The position numbers and the translations under genes are program-made. A stretch of DNA of 64,000 nt, from NCBI GenBank assembly GCA_963662745.2, contig CAXXUI010000002.1, positions 1,176,024 through 1,240,023 on the forward strand, read 5' to 3'. This document shows, in pieces, positions 62,218 through 64,000 of this stretch (within the stretch, counting starts at the first letter, position 1; each line of letters opens with the position of its first letter). Under the pieces are notes generated by a model, which was not told the origin of the DNA, ran no database searches, and worked only from the letters and a program-made list of their open reading frames with translations. This DNA comes from Bryobacterales bacterium. GTDB lineage: Bacteria > Acidobacteriota > Terriglobia > Bryobacterales > UBA6623.

Positions 62218-64000
62218 ATGGCTGGATGTTGGCGACTCGCGTGCTGGGCGTTGTCGGCGGCGGCGCTTCCTGCGGCGCCGTCGGCCAGCGAACTGGATGC
62301 AGCCTTCCGAAGCCGGGTCCGGCCCTTGCTGCAGGAGTACTGCGAGCGGTGCCACAACGAGGCGCTCCAGACAGCCGGGATCGACTTTTCAACGTTCGGC
62401 AACCATGCCGCGGTGATCCGGGCTCGACCAGTGTGGGTCCGTGCGCTCCGCGTTCTGCGGGAGCGAGAGATGCCCCCAGCCGATCCCCAGCCGACAGTGG
62501 CCGAGCGGCAGCTGCTGGTCGCTTGGATCGACGACGCGGTCAACCGCCTCGACTGGACCGAATACCAGAGCCCGGGCTCGGTGACGATCTCGCGCTTGAA
62601 CCGCGCGGAGTACAACCACACCATCCGGGACCTTACAGGCCTGGACCTCAGGCCGGCGGACTCGTTTCCGCACGACAGCGAGGGGGAGAGCGGGTTCCGC
62701 AACGACCGGGACGGCCTGTTCGTGGCGCCGCTGCTGGTGGAGAAGTACCTGGCGGCTGCAGACGAAGTGGTCGACGCGCTGCTGGAGGTTCGGCGACGCG
62801 GCGATCCGCTGGCCGTCAAGCTCGAGGCGGAGGACTTCTTCCTCACCGAGACCAACCAAGGTCCTACCCCGTACGGACTGGACCTGCGCAATTACCAGCA
62901 GACGGTCTACCGCTACATCAGCTTCCCGCAATTCGGTCGGTACCGCATCCGGGTGCGGGCTTGGGGTGTGTCGCCGGTCGAGGGGCAGCTGCCCGGCGTA
63001 ACCGTGCGCGTGGCCGGACGCATCGTCGGCCAGTCGCTCGTGCTGGCCGCCCCCGGCGCCCCACAGGTCTATGAGTTCGCCGCGGATGTTCCGGGCGGCA
63101 GCCACCGCGTGTCGCTGCACTGGTTCAAGGCCGCCACCTCGCTGACCAACTCCCACAACCGCGCCCTCGTTCTCGAGGCTCGCAAGCGGGACGCGGAGGC
63201 TAAGGCGGCCGGCGAGAAACCGCCCCCCAAGCAGGTCATCCTCTCGCTGGACTGGATCGCGATCGAGCAGGACTTGGAGGACGGCCAGGACGGCTCGCTG
63301 GTGTGGATCGCCGAGCCGGGACCCGCTGTCACCGAGAACGACGCGGCGAGTGCGATCTTGGAGCGTTTCGCGAGCAGGGCCTACCGGCGGCCCCCGAGCC
63401 GCGCTGATGTCGAGAACCTCCTTGCGCTCTACCAACGGGCGAGGGAGCGGGGCGATCCGTTCGCAGAGGCGGTCGGCTTGGGGCTGAGAGCCGCACTCGT
63501 CTCCCCGAAGTTCTTGTACCGCTCCGAGCGAGGAGGCGCGTCTGCAGGTGACTATCCCCTCGACGGATGCGAGCTGGCCTCCCGTCTCTCGTACTTCCTG
63601 TGGATGTCCATGCCCGACGAGGAGTTGTCGGCGCTGGCGGCATCCGGCCAGCTGCTGGATCCGCCCACCTTGCGCCGGCAGGTGCGCCGCATGATCGCCG
63701 ACCCCAAGTCGAAGGCCTTCACCTCGGCCTTCATCGGCCAGTGGCTCGGATTCGATGAGCTGGGCCGGTCCGTCAAGCCGGACGACGTCGCTTTCCCGGA
63801 ATTCACGCCCGCGCTCGCCGAGGCCATGCTGCGGGAGGCGACCCTGTCGTTCGACCGGATCGTGCGGGAGGGCCGCAGCCTGCTGGAGCTGCTCGCCGCC
63901 GACTACACGTACCTCAACGAAGAGCTGGCTGAGCATTACGGAGTTTCTGGCGTGCAGGGCCGGGAGATGCGTCTGGTGCCGCTTGACGACGATCGCCGTG
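62218..64000 (+). CDS. PSCyt/DUF1587-DUF1592-DUF1595-DUF1588 family protein (planctomycete-type heme-binding-motif protein), 3'-partial at window end
   Basis: Not in the ORF track because it has no stop in the window. My translation in frame 1 from ATG 62218 gives MAGCWRLACWALSAAALPAAPSA...LLQEYCERCHN (CxxCH)...ISRLNRAEYNHTIRDLTGLDLRPADSFPHD...ASRLSYFLWMSMPDEEL...FIGQWLGFDEL...ADYTYLNEELAEHYG. GC3 is high throughout. Confidence 0.85.
   Translation, partial: MAGCWRLACWALSAAALPAAPSASELDAAFRSRVRPLLQEYCERCHNEALQTAGIDFSTFGNHAAVIRARPVWVRALRVLREREMPPADPQPTVAERQLLVAWIDDAVNRLDWTEYQSPGSVTISRLNRAEYNHTIRDLTGLDLRPADSFPHDSEGESGFRNDRDGLFVAPLLVEKYLAAADEVVDALLEVRRRGDPLAVKLEAEDFFLTETNQGPTPYGLDLRNYQQTVYRYISFPQFGRYRIRVRAWGVSPVEGQLPGVTVRVAGRIVGQSLVLAAPGAPQVYEFAADVPGGSHRVSLHWFKAATSLTNSHNRALVLEARKRDAEAKAAGEKPPPKQVILSLDWIAIEQDLEDGQDGSLVWIAEPGPAVTENDAASAILERFASRAYRRPPSRADVENLLALYQRARERGDPFAEAVGLGLRAALVSPKFLYRSERGGASAGDYPLDGCELASRLSYFLWMSMPDEELSALAASGQLLDPPTLRRQVRRMIADPKSKAFTSAFIGQWLGFDELGRSVKPDDVAFPEFTPALAEAMLREATLSFDRIVREGRSLLELLAADYTYLNEELAEHYGVSGVQGREMRLVPLDDDRR

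Noticed and set aside
1-64000. CRISPR arrays, tRNA/rRNA genes, integrase-flanked prophage, retron or DGR reverse transcriptases.
   Set aside because: Reading both strands, I found no regularly spaced direct repeats, no tRNA-like T-arm (GGTTCGAATCC-type) sequences, no rRNA and no RT or integrase motifs.

Overview
This is a 64-kb, high-GC bacterial chromosomal window (about two-thirds G+C by eye), densely coding on both strands. The gene content includes four Cys-type sulfatases, a GH3 glycosidase, a polysaccharide deacetylase, DUF1080, a PQQ-like beta-propeller, a PSCyt/DUF1592-family protein and DUF4338. That mix resembles a glycan-degrading Planctomycetota/Acidobacteriota/Verrucomicrobiota-type genome, but I cannot assign a taxon from sequence alone. 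Housekeeping anchors are pdxS-pdxT, hemW, a dinG-like helicase, ffs(SRP RNA)-dnaX-ybaB-recR, rhlE, a Tat-exported xanthine-dehydrogenase-family molybdoenzyme operon, and a translationally coupled 4-gene glycosyltransferase operon. The plastic parts are as follows. (i) An intact IS630 element (775-1944, TA duplication, 21-bp IRs) splits a gene with a TaqI/HsdS-like specificity-domain signature. (ii) A direct segmental duplication (15174-18047 vs 21746-24231) covers a TPP-enzyme / pentaheme cytochrome c / membrane-protein module. The two copies have decayed reciprocally, and they bracket 3.7 kb of mobile-element wreckage around rhlE. (iii) A sharply AT-rich ~2-kb island (about 42745-44840) carries a convergent, 3'-overlapping pair: a Dam-like (D12) N6-adenine methyltransferase and an unassignable PD-(D/E)xK-like protein. 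This is my best candidate for a novel orphan-family type II restriction-modification module. It is followed by transposase and M48-peptidase gene wreckage. (iv) A RelE/ParE-like domain is fused to an SF1 UvrD-like helicase (59171-61111). (v) A TlpA-like thioredoxin gene has three in-frame TAG codons in its membrane-anchor region. I saw no CRISPR array, tRNA or rRNA. One long real ORF (62218 to window end) is absent from the supplied ORF track because it has no stop codon inside the window. All family calls come from motif recognition by eye, and no database search was run.
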